A DNA stretch of 64,000 bases from Lama guanicoe. Taxonomy: Eukaryota. The notes under the pieces were generated by a model. That model saw nothing but the letters and a program-made list of their open reading frames with translations, did not search any database and was not told the origin of the DNA. The stretch is taken from contig MU053881.1 of assembly GCA_013239625.1 (NCBI GenBank), positions 1,860,001 to 1,924,000 of the forward strand. The letters are read 5' to 3'. How positions within the stretch are numbered: position 1 is the stretch's first letter; each line of letters opens with the position of its first letter. A program made the position numbers and the translations under genes. Shown here piece by piece: positions 29,987 through 41,900 of the stretch.

Positions 29987-32900
29987 ATGGATTCCTTCAA
30001 GGTGGTGCTGGAGGGGCCAGCACCTTGGGGCTTCCGGCTGCAGGGGGGCAAGGACTTCAATGTGCCCCTCTCCATCTCTCGGGTGAGCCTAGGTTGAGGG
30101 AGGGGCTCCCCCTAGGAGTCTTTGGGTGCTCACATCTCCAGAGGGTGAGGGGAAGAGTCTGAGCAGGAGCGAGCCAGGGCTAATAGGCCAGGAGGTGTCC
30201 AGGTCCAGTAATGTCATGGGCACCTGCTACAAGAACTCCCAACTAGGTAGATATTGGGAGAAGAGCACCCACACTTTCCCAACTCTGTACTGTACCTGAT
30301 GCCATTCCACGAAGCTCCTGGGGCCACCTCAGAGGCCCAGGGTGATGCCCATTCTGCAGGAAGGGAGCCTGAGGTCTCCAGGAATTTCTAAGCTGCTTGA
30401 GGGAGCAGTGGTTGGAGCTGGGCTCCAGGCAGGGTGATCTGACTGCAGGATCTCACTTCACTTCATTGCCACCCAGGGAATAGCAGCTGTCATCCTGTTT
30501 TTCCAGATGAAGTAACTAAGAACTCAGAGGTGAAGGGGCTCATTCCGCGATCCCATGGCCAAGCAGGGACTGGAATTCAGGCACAGGGATGGCCTGCAGT
30601 TTTTGTGGGTAGGAGGGCGAGTGTCTCTCCCCAGCCTATGTGAGGACCTTCGTCCCATCCACTGGTCCCATTCAGTGGCCTTTAACCCTAAGGAGGGGTT
30701 GGGCCGGGTCTCTTGGGCTCTGACTTCAGCTCCTGAGAGCCTGTCCTGGTGGGGGTGGAGCTGGGGGCTGGCTCCTCCCTGTGGCGGGGGATTGCCTTAT
30801 AAGCCCAAGAATGCAGCCCCACGCTGGGATGGCCAACTGGTGGCTGGAGTCTGCAGAGCTGAAAAAGACTGGCCTAGACCTGGACCCCTGAACCCCATCA
30901 GTGGCCCCTCAGCTGATCACCACTGGGCTGTGGCTCCAGCTGTCGAGTCAGTTATGGGACACAGAACAAACCGCCTGCCCTGAGAGGGTGAGGCCAGTGC
31001 TGGGGCTGGTGCCTTTGACTGTGGCCTGGGGGTCAGGAGGGGGCGGGGACTTCCTGCCCCCATATCCTCTTGTCAATAGAGGCCCACCCAGGCTCCTGGT
31101 GGGCAGGCAGCTATTGGCAGGAAGCCCAGGGCAAGCAAAGCCTGGAGGGGGCCAAAGCGTTGTCCAGGCACGGCCCAGCTTGAGGGGGCCCCCAAGGCGG
31201 AGTCTGTCAGAGTTGGGCTTGGCCAGGGCAGGCAGTCACTGTTCCCAGGGACCGGTCCACAGGGTTCCCTGGAAGCTGCTCTACCAGCAGCGTAGCCAAG
31301 GGCAGTGGTCCCCCACCACGTACACCCACCCTGTACACAGTCCTCAAGCCTGGCCAGCCCTAGAAGCCTGTCCTATACCCCGCTCCCTAGCGAGTGCTGG
31401 CCAGTGGGGGGGGGGGACTGTACACAGTCCTCAAGCCTGGCCAGCCCTAGAAGCCTGTCCTATACCCCGCTCCCTAAGGGAGTGCTGGCCAGGGGGGGGG
31501 GGGCCGAGGCCTTGACTGGCCTCTGAGCCTCAGTTTCTTCGTTGGTGGAGAGAGGCAGCAAGGAAGCCTGGGGGATGGACTTTCAGATGTGGCCTGTAGG
31601 GGGCAGTAAGAGCCCAGGCTTGCTTGTCAGCAGTCCCAGCGTGTGGGTGGGGCCACCAGTGGAGCCCAGCCCTGGAGCTGGACCCAGGCTCTGGTGGGTG
31701 GATGTGTGGGGTGGTCTTTTCTGAGCTGGGCGGGCCTCCTCCCTCTCCCCTGACCCCAGCTTGGATGGAGGAGGGAGGGGCTAGGGCTGGCTGTGGGCCC
31801 AGGCCTGGGAGATGAGGTAACGTCTGGGACTTGGGGGTTGGGCTGCTCAGTGGAGCCCTCAGGCTGACTCACCCCCCACCCCATGCAGTGTCCAGCCCCC
31901 TGGCTTTTCCCCTCCTTGCTCCCTTGGGCCTCCTTGCTTCTCTCTCCAGACCTCCCCACCACCAGCTCTCTTACGCCTCTGTCTCCACCTCCCTGACCAC
32001 TCCCCTGTCCCTCCTGTGCTTCCTGTCCTCCTCACCCTGGGGAAGGAAGTGGTCCCCAGCTCCCCACCCCATCTCCAGGAGCCAGCTGCTCTTGCCCACC
32101 CCAGACTCCCACCTCAGGCTTAGCCCATGCCTCCCAGGAGCCAGCCGGGTGGGTAGGGAGCGGCTGAACCAGGTTTCCCTTCTACTGACTCATCGTGACC
32201 TTGAGTAAGTCACTTCCCCTCAAGGGTGTCGCCTCCCCATTCCCATTGTAAGGGGCTGGGTTGAACTAGAGGTAAGTTGGGTATCCAAGCCCCAAACCCA
32301 GCCAGGGGGTCAGGGAGTCTTTCTAGCCAGAGGGCTGACTTCTGAATGAGGCCCCAGCCCTCAGCAGATGGGACCTCTTACAGCAGAGCCTTAGGGTCAG
32401 TGTCCTGGCCCTGCCTCTTGAGTTGCCAGCTAGGCGAGTTGAGGCAAGTTACTTAACTTCTGTTTTCCCCTGTGTAAAATGGGTATATTTGCAGACTCTT
32501 CTCCACAGGGTTGTTGGAGAACTCAGCATGTGGCAATGCTAGGTACTCAATAAACCTTAAGCTCCTGTTCTTACTATTTAGCAGATGAAGGAAGGGCCAC
32601 CCAGCTCTCTTACCCTTCTAACCTCCCAAACATGAAAAAGAGCCATTAAACCCAGCTCTCCCTTCTTGCCCTAGTGCCATCAGTCTCTGCGTCTGGTCCC
32701 GCTACCATCTCTCTGGAACCTCTTACCCCTTCTCTCCCTGACTCAACTCAGTCTGTGCATCGGGCCACCCGAGGAACCTCCTGTACCCTGCACACCTCCC
32801 CAGCACGGGAGTGTGAGTCTGCCTTCCAGCACTTCCCCACAAGCCTGCTCAGTGCCAGGCCCCTTGCCAGCTGACCGGACAGCCCAGTGGGCTTAGACTT

Positions 32901-35900
32901 ATCAACAGCAGCCTCCCACTCCTCCCCATCTTCCTGCTACTAGGCTAGAAGGCTGGAAGGGCCCAGCTGGGTTCTTCAGGGTCACCTCAGTCAGGCCTTA
33001 AATATCCAAACCCGGGCCTCAATACTGCTAGTGGTTCCTCCTAACTTCAGGGCCAAGTCCTGGTTCCTTCCAGCATTTGAGGTCTTCATAAACGGACTCT
33101 TTTACACCCTAGGCAGCTTATCCCACCCTCCTTTCACCAAAGCCCACCACTTCCCAGAAGTCATCCCTGGTGGTTTCAGCCCATGCTGGTAGTGACCATT
33201 CCTTCCAGCCTCCTGTTGCTCCTCATTTGCCACAGGAACCAGGGATTTGCAGCCCAGAACCTAAAGGATGGTGAGGAGAGGGTGATGTGGCAATCAAGGA
33301 CTTGGGGGGTAACACCCATATTTATAGTGTGTGAAGCCCCAGCTGACACCTGAGGCCTCATTCAGGCACTAATCACAGGGAACCTAGAGGTGATGGGACC
33401 TGGTAGATCCTAGGTCCTAGTAGATCCCTGCAGATAACCCTAGGACAGGGTGCTAGGAGTATCAGAGGTCAATGAGAGCACCCAGCAGTGGTCAGGGAGG
33501 AACTTGCCGCATGCGCAAGCCAGAGGGCATGTTTAGTGGGTGCAAGAGCCCAGCAGGGGCCTCAGAAGGCTGCTGTTGAAGCTGAGAAGCTTGGGTTTTA
33601 GCCTGAGGGTGGCTGTGTGTTGATGTCCTAGCAGTTTCTGGACTGTGGGGAGGGTCCATGGAGGTGAACAAAGAACTAAGGGTAATTGGGGTGATGGTGA
33701 AGCTCAGGTGAGCCCCACCCCCTCCCAGATGACTTTAGTATCCAGCAGTTGCCCGGAAGTAGGTTGAACGTAGAGGCCTCTGGTTTCTGCGAGTGGGGCA
33801 GCTTAGGAAGGGCAGGGTTGGCTACTGTTGGCCAGAGTCTGGTCTGCAGTCTTGGGCCTCCATAACCCTGCATCTCTCCATAGCTCACTCCTGGAGGTAA
33901 AGCTGCGCAGGCCGGTGTGGCGGTGGGCGACTGGGTGCTGAGCATAGATGGAGAGAATGCAGGGGGCCTCACACACATTGAAGCTCAGAACAAGATACGT
34001 GCCTGCGGGGAGCATCTCAGCTTGGGTCTTAGCAGGTATGCGGGCACTGAGCCGGCCTGGTGGGTGGGGGAGCCCTTGGGCCTGGCCCACCATCAACCCC
34101 TTCCCCTTCTCCTCTAGGGCCCAGCCCGCGCAAAGCAAACCGCAGAAGGTAGGTGATGGGCCGAGGACATCTGGGCTGCAGGCAGGGTGGGATTGGATGT
34201 CCGGGTTGACCTGCCCTCCTGGTGCAGCCTCGGTACCTTCATCCCTAGCCGAGAGTAGAGGGCGGAGGCCCTAGCTGGGGAGTCTGGGAGCTGGGAGTTG
34301 GGCCAGGGGCTGCCGCACGCACGGTCAGGGCACCACACGCATGTTTGCCTGTCTGTCCCTCCGCCTGCCTGCCTCTTGCCGGCCTATGCTGCAAGCTGGC
34401 CTATGCTGCAAGCCGCACTCGTCTGCCCTCGGGCTGCGTGGGCTGAGATCATCGCTCCCTAATGGGCCCCTTGAAACCCAAGTCACCCCTCTCCCCGTAG
34501 CCTTAGACCAGATGTGTGGGGGTGGGGCTGGAGCGCCGCTGTCCTCTCCGCGCCTGGGGGTGGGGCGCCCCATTCCGGCCAGGCCCCGTCCCCGCCCGCC
34601 CTGCCCGCTCTGTCTCCGCCCAGGCCCTGGCCCCCGCCGCGGACCCCCCGCGGTACACCTTTGCACCCAGCGCCTCCCTCAACAAGACGGCCCGGCCCTT
34701 TGGGGCGCCCCCGCCCGCTGACAGCACCCCGCAGCAGAATGGGTACGTCCGTCCTGCCCGCCCACCGCCCACCGCCCACGCCGTCTGTCCACGGCCCCAT
34801 GCCAGCCCGCTGCCCGCTGCTGCGCCGTCTGCGCTGCGCCCCAGCCGGGCCGGAACCGTGCGGCAGCGACCCCTGGCGGCCGGGGGCGGGGCTGCAGGCA
34901 CAGGGCCCCTCCGACGGTGTGGCTCCTGCCCCGGCTCTGCCCTCCTGGGGGCTCTGAACGAGGCAGCGTCCCCCGCTGGTGGCCCGGGGTTGGGGTGTGG
35001 TGTCGGGCCATCTGAGCCCCAGACACTCAGTGCAGCCTTGCCCCTGGCTATTCTGACCCCTTGCCATCTTTCTTCCTCTGTGTCTGTCCCTTTGTCCTTT
35101 ATCTGTCCATCTGTCTATTTCCTTCACAGGTGCAGACCCCTGACAAGTCAGTGAGCCCCCTCTGCCTGTCCCTCTCTTCCTTCTTTTTGCACTCTGGGCA
35201 GTGGCCCCTCCCCGCCCTGGCTGCCCTCCTCTCACCTTGACTGCCCTCCTCCCCTCTCACTTCACTGCCCACCCCCCAGCGGGGCCCTGGCCTTGCCCTT
35301 CCCCACTCTCCCCGTGCCATAGCCCACATGTACCCAATCCGGGGAGGGGCTGCCCCCGCTGCCCACCCCCAGCGTGAGTTTCTGAGCCGACCCCTCCCCA
35401 CAGACAGCCGCTCCGACCGCTGGTCCCAGATGCCAGCAAGCAGCGGCTGATGGAGGACACGGAGGACTGGCGGCCGAGGCCTGGGACAGGCCAGTCCCGT
35501 TCTTTCCGCATCCTTGCCCACCTCACGGGCACCGAGTTCAGTAAGTGCCAGCCCAGGGCAGGGCGGACTCTCCTTCTGGCCCCCAGCCCGGGCCTGGCTC
35601 CAGCACCCTGGGACCCTCTGCCAGAGCCCAGGGCTGGGGTGGCCCTCTCTCTTCTCTTGGTCAATGCCTGCCTCTGCCCTCTCAGTGCAAGACCCGGATG
35701 AGGAGCACCTGAAGAAATCAAGGTAACAGGACGAGCTCCAGCCCTTCTTTCTCACCTCCTGCCTCTCCCATTCCAGCCACCGCCCTGTGTCTGCTCCTGG
35801 CTGTCCCTAGCCAGGCTCTTCCATTCCCCTTCCCTCCTTCCTTCCTTCCTCTCTCCTTTTCTCCCTTCCGTCTTTCTTTCCTTCCACTTCCTCCTCCTTC

Positions 35901-38900
35901 TCTCTCTGCCCCTCAGGGAAAAGTATGTCCTGGAGCTGCAGAGCCCACGCTACACCCGCCTCCGGGACTGGCACCACCAGCGCTCTGCCCACGTGCTCAA
36001 CGTGCAGTCCTAGCCTGGCCGTCGCCGGCCGGCTGCCCTCTCTGCCTCTCTCTTTCTGTTCCTCCACCTAGGGCACCCCCCCCTTCGGTGCCTCCAGCTT
36101 CTGCCTACCTCACCCACTGCTTTCCTGCCCCTGGACTGAGCCTCCTGCTGGCCTGGCCCTAGCCACCCTCCTGGCCCAGGGCCCGGCTCCATCTGACACT
36201 GCCTTCCCTCTTTGCCCTGTGGTACTGCTCTCTGCCAGGTCTGTGCCGGCTTAAGCATGAAAATAAACATTCTCAGCCCTGCTTTCTCTGCCTCTGTCTT
36301 CTATCTTTGTGGGCTTGGTTTGCGTTGGGGATGTTAGATTGGTTTAGATCCAATGTGGGCCCTGTCACTCTGGGTCTCAGTGGATGGGGGTACCTAGCAA
36401 AGGGGGCCCAGCCACCAGAAAGAGCCCCAAGAGCTGTCCCAGAAGCAAGAGCCATGCTCCACCTCCTAGTCTTGTGCAACAGACCAGCCAGCTAGAACCT
36501 GGCTAACAGAAGCCGCCCTACCCATCCCTACCCCAGTGGGACCTGGAGTCCCACCCAGCAGCTCTTGTGCACCCAGGCATCTCCCATGGGGCCAGCAGGA
36601 CCGTGGTTGGGGGGTGGGGCCATGCCAGGAGCCTCCGCCGTGCAGGGCCTTGAATGGCAGATCTTGCAGCCAGGTGCCCAGGACAGAAGCCCCAGCCCCA
36701 GCCTCAGCTACACCCCAGGAACCCTGGCCTGGTGAGAGAGAGTGGGCTTGGGCCTGGGGAAGGGTGGGTAACCTCCAGGGGCATGTTAAGGGGGGTGGGC
36801 CCCTCCAAGCTGCCCTGGGCTCTCCCTGCTTTCCCGTGGGGTCCCCCTGGAGCCACTTTCCTGGCCTCGGCAGGCCCTACCACCCCCAGCCCCACCAGCC
36901 GCCCACCCTGGGCTGTGGACCCTGCATTTGCTGAACGCTACGCCCCGGACAAGACCAGCACGGTGCTGACCCGGCACACCCAGCCAGCCACACCCACACC
37001 TCTGCAGAACCGCACCTCCATTGTGCAGGCAGCTGCCGGAGGGGGCCCTGGAGGGGTCGGTGGCAGCAACGGCAAGACTCCCGTGTGCCACCAGTGCCAC
37101 AAGGTCATCCGGTGGGTGGCCCTGTTCCTTTCCTACTCTGGCCTTTCCTGACCTGAAGTCCAGCCCTGGTGTCTTCCCAACCTCAGCTCTCCCATCCATC
37201 TCCCCACTCATCTCAGCTGCCCCTGTGGGAGGAGGAGGATTCAGTTCCCAGTTGGAGTGCGGGAGGGACCTGGCCTGGGTCCTCAAAGTCTGAATCCTCC
37301 ATTACTCACCCCCACCCCACCCCTCATCAGCCTCTGTCAGCATTTGCCTCGGTGGAATGGAGGAGGTGCCAACGACACAGCCAAGCGGCAGCCCTGGACT
37401 CGCTGCTCTCTGGGCGAGGAAGGGCCTGCCCGCTCCCAGCCCCTCGGCCTCTCTCCCTCCTGCTCGCTCGGTTTCTCTCTGCTAAGCGTCTGCTCCTGGA
37501 GCAGACAGGCCAGAGGTTGCTTCCTCTTGGCACTGCTCCCCAGGGCCCAGCGGAGGCACTGGCGCCCCCAGAATCAGTGTGACACATTCTAGAGCCTTCC
37601 TAGTTCTCATCCCGGGCCCTGCCCTGCTCTCGACTCCTGTCAGCTCTTAGCCTCCATGAAACTTCCTTTTCTTCAGACAGCCCCATTTATCTGAGACCTG
37701 CAGGCCCTACCTCAGGCCAGATGAAACAGAGCCAGCTCAGGTGCCCACTGGTCTTTGGGCTCAGGGGTGCTCCAGGCCTCCTGTCCCACAGGGCACCAGT
37801 TCCTTTGTTTCAGCTTGAGGCCCCAGTCAGCAGCCCCCACCCAGTATGACCCTCCTCCCTGTTCCAGCGCCGCCCCCTCCCTCATCTCCTGTCATCAGAA
37901 CAGTGCAGCTTCCTCACTCGTGCTGTGTGACCTTGGGCAAGTCACCTCCCAGGCCTGTTTCTCCCTTCTTTGGAGATGGAGAGAATTCATTTTTCCTTCA
38001 AGGTTTCAGAACTGTTGTTCAGTAAACCCCCTTGCGCGCCGGCCAGGAGCCCCTAGCTCATTTGCATCCTCTCCCCACTCACCGCTCCTGCCTCCTCCTC
38101 AGGGGCCGCTACCTGGTGGCGCTGGGCCACGCGTACCACCCCGAGGAGTTCGTGTGCAGCCAGTGTGGGAAGGTCCTGGAAGAGGGTGGCTTCTTCGAGG
38201 AGAAGGGCGCTATCTTCTGCCCGCCCTGCTATGACGTGCGCTACGCACCCAGCTGTGCCAAGTGCAAGAAGAAGATCACAGGCGTGAGTGAGGTTGGCGG
38301 GTGGGGGGCAGGCGGACACGACCGGTGAGCACTGAGCAGTGTTGCCGAGCAACTGCTGGGCCTTGGGCACTCCCTGATGAGCCCTTGGGGACCTCAGCAG
38401 CCTAACGATAGGGATGCTATTCTGACCTCACTCTGCATTAGCCAGGATCCTCTTAACAAATGACCCAAATTCTATTCAAAAGGGTTCAAGGAAGAGAGTA
38501 CTGGTGCAAATAATCAGAAAAGCCAAGGGGTGCTCACTTCAGGCCCAGCTGAATGCAGGTCCTGAGGTCATTAGGAGTCTGTCTGCCACTTACCTCTGGC
38601 TTCGTCTGTGTTGGCTTCATTCCCAGCATGCTTTTCCCTAGAAAGTGGCCAAGATGGTGCCCCGGCGGCTGCAGGGTTAGCACCACAAGGTGAGCGAGGA
38701 CACCTCTGCCGGCTGGTGCATGCGGAGTCCCCATGCTCGTGCTCACTGGCCTGGCTTGCATCACAAGCCCATCTCGGAACCAAGCCCTGGGACTCTAATT
38801 GGCCAGGCCTGGGTGACCCCCACCCTTGGAGTGGGGATCTGGTGGCCTCGCCTGAACCACGGGACTGGTTCCCTGAAATAAAACCAGGATGACGTTACCC

Positions 38901-41900
38901 AAAGAAGGGAGGCAAGTGCTGGTCAGGCCAAAACAAGAGACGGGTACTGTGTTGGGACTGCACTCAGCTCTGATGATAGAAAACCCCGCTACAGGGGTTG
39001 AAACAGAAGGGGTGACAGTTCAGTCACAAGAATTCCAGGGGTGGGATAGCAGCTCAAGGATGCCTTTGGGCTTTTCCTGTCTTTTCGTTCCGGAATCCTT
39101 AGCATGTACGCCTCTGTCCCAAAGTTTGTCATTATCATGATTGCCAGATGACGGCTCACGCCCCAGGCCTGTGTCTTGTTGCAGGCAGGAGGGAGAGGGA
39201 AGGGACACATGCTTTCTCTTAACGAGGTTTTGCTTTTTGACACGGGAAGGGAAACCAGGAACTCGCATCTCTATCTTGGTGGTTGGAATTGTTATCCTGT
39301 GAGCACCTGGGCCGCGGGGGAAGCTGGCAACTCCCGTGTTTTAGCTTCCATCCTCCATAAGAGAGAAACAAGGAAGAGAAGGGGGTTGTGGCAAGCTTTT
39401 GAGAGGCTAGTCCAGTGTCCGCCACCCCAAGGCACAAGGAAATGGAGCCTCTGGAAGATGACATGATGTTCTTGAAGGGCACAGGACTGCTCATCAGCAG
39501 AGGCAGAAATTCAGGCTCAAAAACTTGTGATTCAAAATCCTATTCTTCCCACTGGGGCTAAGCACAGCTTGGCCCGGCCAGGTTTCCTGCAGGGTAGCCT
39601 TGCTGCCACCGGAGCTGGGCTGGGGACTTGGGTCAGCGCATGTCATGGGCTAAGAGTGATGCGCTGTCGACCTTCCCCCCTTTGTTTTCTTTGTTGAACG
39701 TGGGCAATGTGCCCCATGCTGGGGACACCTCGTGAAGAGACAGGCATGGCCCTGTCCCCAGGAGTTCACCCTGTGGAGGGGAACTCAGAGGGTGTCAAGG
39801 GCTACGCAGAACAGGCAGGGTGACAAGTTGAGGGGGTTCCAGTTCCTGTAGGGAAACTGAAGCCCAGAGAGGGGCAGAAACTGCCCAGGGTTGCACAGCA
39901 TGAGGGCCGAGCCAGAGCAGCCTCAGGCTCTGCTGACTTCCAGCTTGGGGTCTTCCTGCCACCCATGCTTCTCCCTATTTCTGGAACCCTGGGCAGAGCT
40001 TCCAGATGTGGCTAGAGAGCTCTGTGGTGGTGTTCATATTAATGACAACTCCCTTGACCACAAGTGATGGAAAACTCAAAACAATGGCAGCTGCTTCTCA
40101 CCTAAGAAAGTCCAGAGGTGGGCAGTCGGGGACTTGGAGGCAGATCCAGGCTCCTGTGTCTTGTTTCTCTGACATTCTCAGCATTGGCTTACTTACTGCT
40201 CATAGTCCAAATGATTTTTGAGCCTCAGGTAAAATTTCCACCTTCCAACCTGCGGGAAGTTGGAAAGGGAAGAAGGGGTGGGAGGTCCATGGGTGCCACC
40301 TTTAGAAGATGCTGCCACCCAGCCCTTTCGCTTCCATCACACCTGCCAGAACTCAGTCACGTGACAATGCTGAGCTGCAAGGGAGGCTGGGAATATAGTC
40401 TGTTTGGTACGCCTATGTGCCTGCCCAGGAAGAAACTGGGAATTCCATCAGTAGATGGGAAGGGGAGAATGGACATGATCACAGTCTTTACCATGATAAT
40501 AACAGTTTACATTGTGAGCACTTACTGTGTGTAGGCATCCAGCTTCACAATCATACTGCGGAGTCAGTTTGGTTATTACGCAATCACTTCCCCATCAGCC
40601 GAGGCCACGCCCTGTTGGACTGTTCTAGCGGAATGGGCTGGATCCCAGGCGGGCGTCTGGGTTTGCTTCCCACGGATCAAGGGCCTGCTGTTCGCTGACG
40701 GCTCTGCCTGCGTTACACCACACTGTTGTCCCGCCCTGCCCCAGTTCTGGGTGGGCAGGGTTATCACCCAGGCCACACATGAGGAGCCAAGGCTCACAGG
40801 GCCTGCCTGGCTGCTGGGTCCTAGAGTAGGCCCAGAGTAAGGGGGCAGGCCCTGCTCCTGCCCCAGCCCAGGCCAGTGGCTCCACAGAGTGGCCCAGGGG
40901 CCCTCAGCTTCTCTCTCGCAAGGACTCCAGGGCCTGACAGGCACCAGGGAGCCCCCACCTCCCCCTCCTAAGGGGCGGAAGGCTACCCTTCCCAACTTGC
41001 CTTGAGCTTTGGCCCTGCCTGTGCTCAGTGCTAGGGACCGCCTGCTCTTCAGCTCCGAGTGGAGAGTAGGGAGAGAAACACAGGACAATTAGATTGCTTC
41101 AGTGGAGTTGGAAGGAGGCTGGGAGATGGGGGGACACATTAGAGGGGACAAGGGGATCTGTCCTGGTCTGGGGACCCTCTGGAACCTTGTGCTCTCAAGG
41201 CTCACCACTCATCATCAGCCCCCCTCAGTCTGGTGCTCCAGCCACATGGGCTGCTCCATTTTGCCAGTGTGCCGTTCCCCTCTGCACAGGGCCTTTGCAC
41301 AGGCTGTCCTCTCTGCTAGAAACACTCTTTAGTACTCTCTTTACCTCATTCCTTCCCATCTGGGACTCATATAGCTCTTCCTCAGGGGCACTTTCCCTGA
41401 TACCCACCCCTCCCCCAAGGCCAGGCTCCCCACATTTTGCTCACTACCCCCCCCCCCGTCCTTTGGTCCCATCTCTTCCCCGGGGCTTAACNNNNNNNNN
41501 NNNNNCCCCCCCCCCCGTCCTTTGGTCCCATCTCTTCCCCGGGGCTTAACTCCATGGGCTGGGACCAGGGCTGTTTTGCTCACACATTATGCTACGCCCA
41601 GTATATAGGAAGTGGTCAGTAAACACTTGAAGGAGTGGATGGAAGTGGTCTCTAAGCTGAACTTAAAACATGAGTAGGAATTAGCTTGGAGAAGGATCAG
41701 GGGAGGATGCTCCAGGCAGAGGGAATGGCTGGTGTCATAAGGCAACACCCGGGGAGGGTGTGAGATGAGGCAGAAGAAGGGGGCCAGGGCTGGGCTGGAA
41801 GTTTGAAGCTGGGGACTGATGAGGTCAGATGTACCTCGCCCGCTTCCTCGCGACCGTGGGAGACAGCCAGAGGAGTGGATCTGAGTTGGGCCTGGGTCAG

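Noticed and set aside
38430..40480. Possible MLT1/MaLR LTR remnants in the long PDLIM7 intron (also about 48020-48500)
   Set aside because: The resemblance is impressionistic, and family and boundaries cannot be supported without RepeatMasker or Dfam.
41447..41551. About 45-bp direct repeat around a 14-N gap
   Set aside because: Identical flanks at a poly-C run on either side of Ns are a typical scaffolding overlap artefact.
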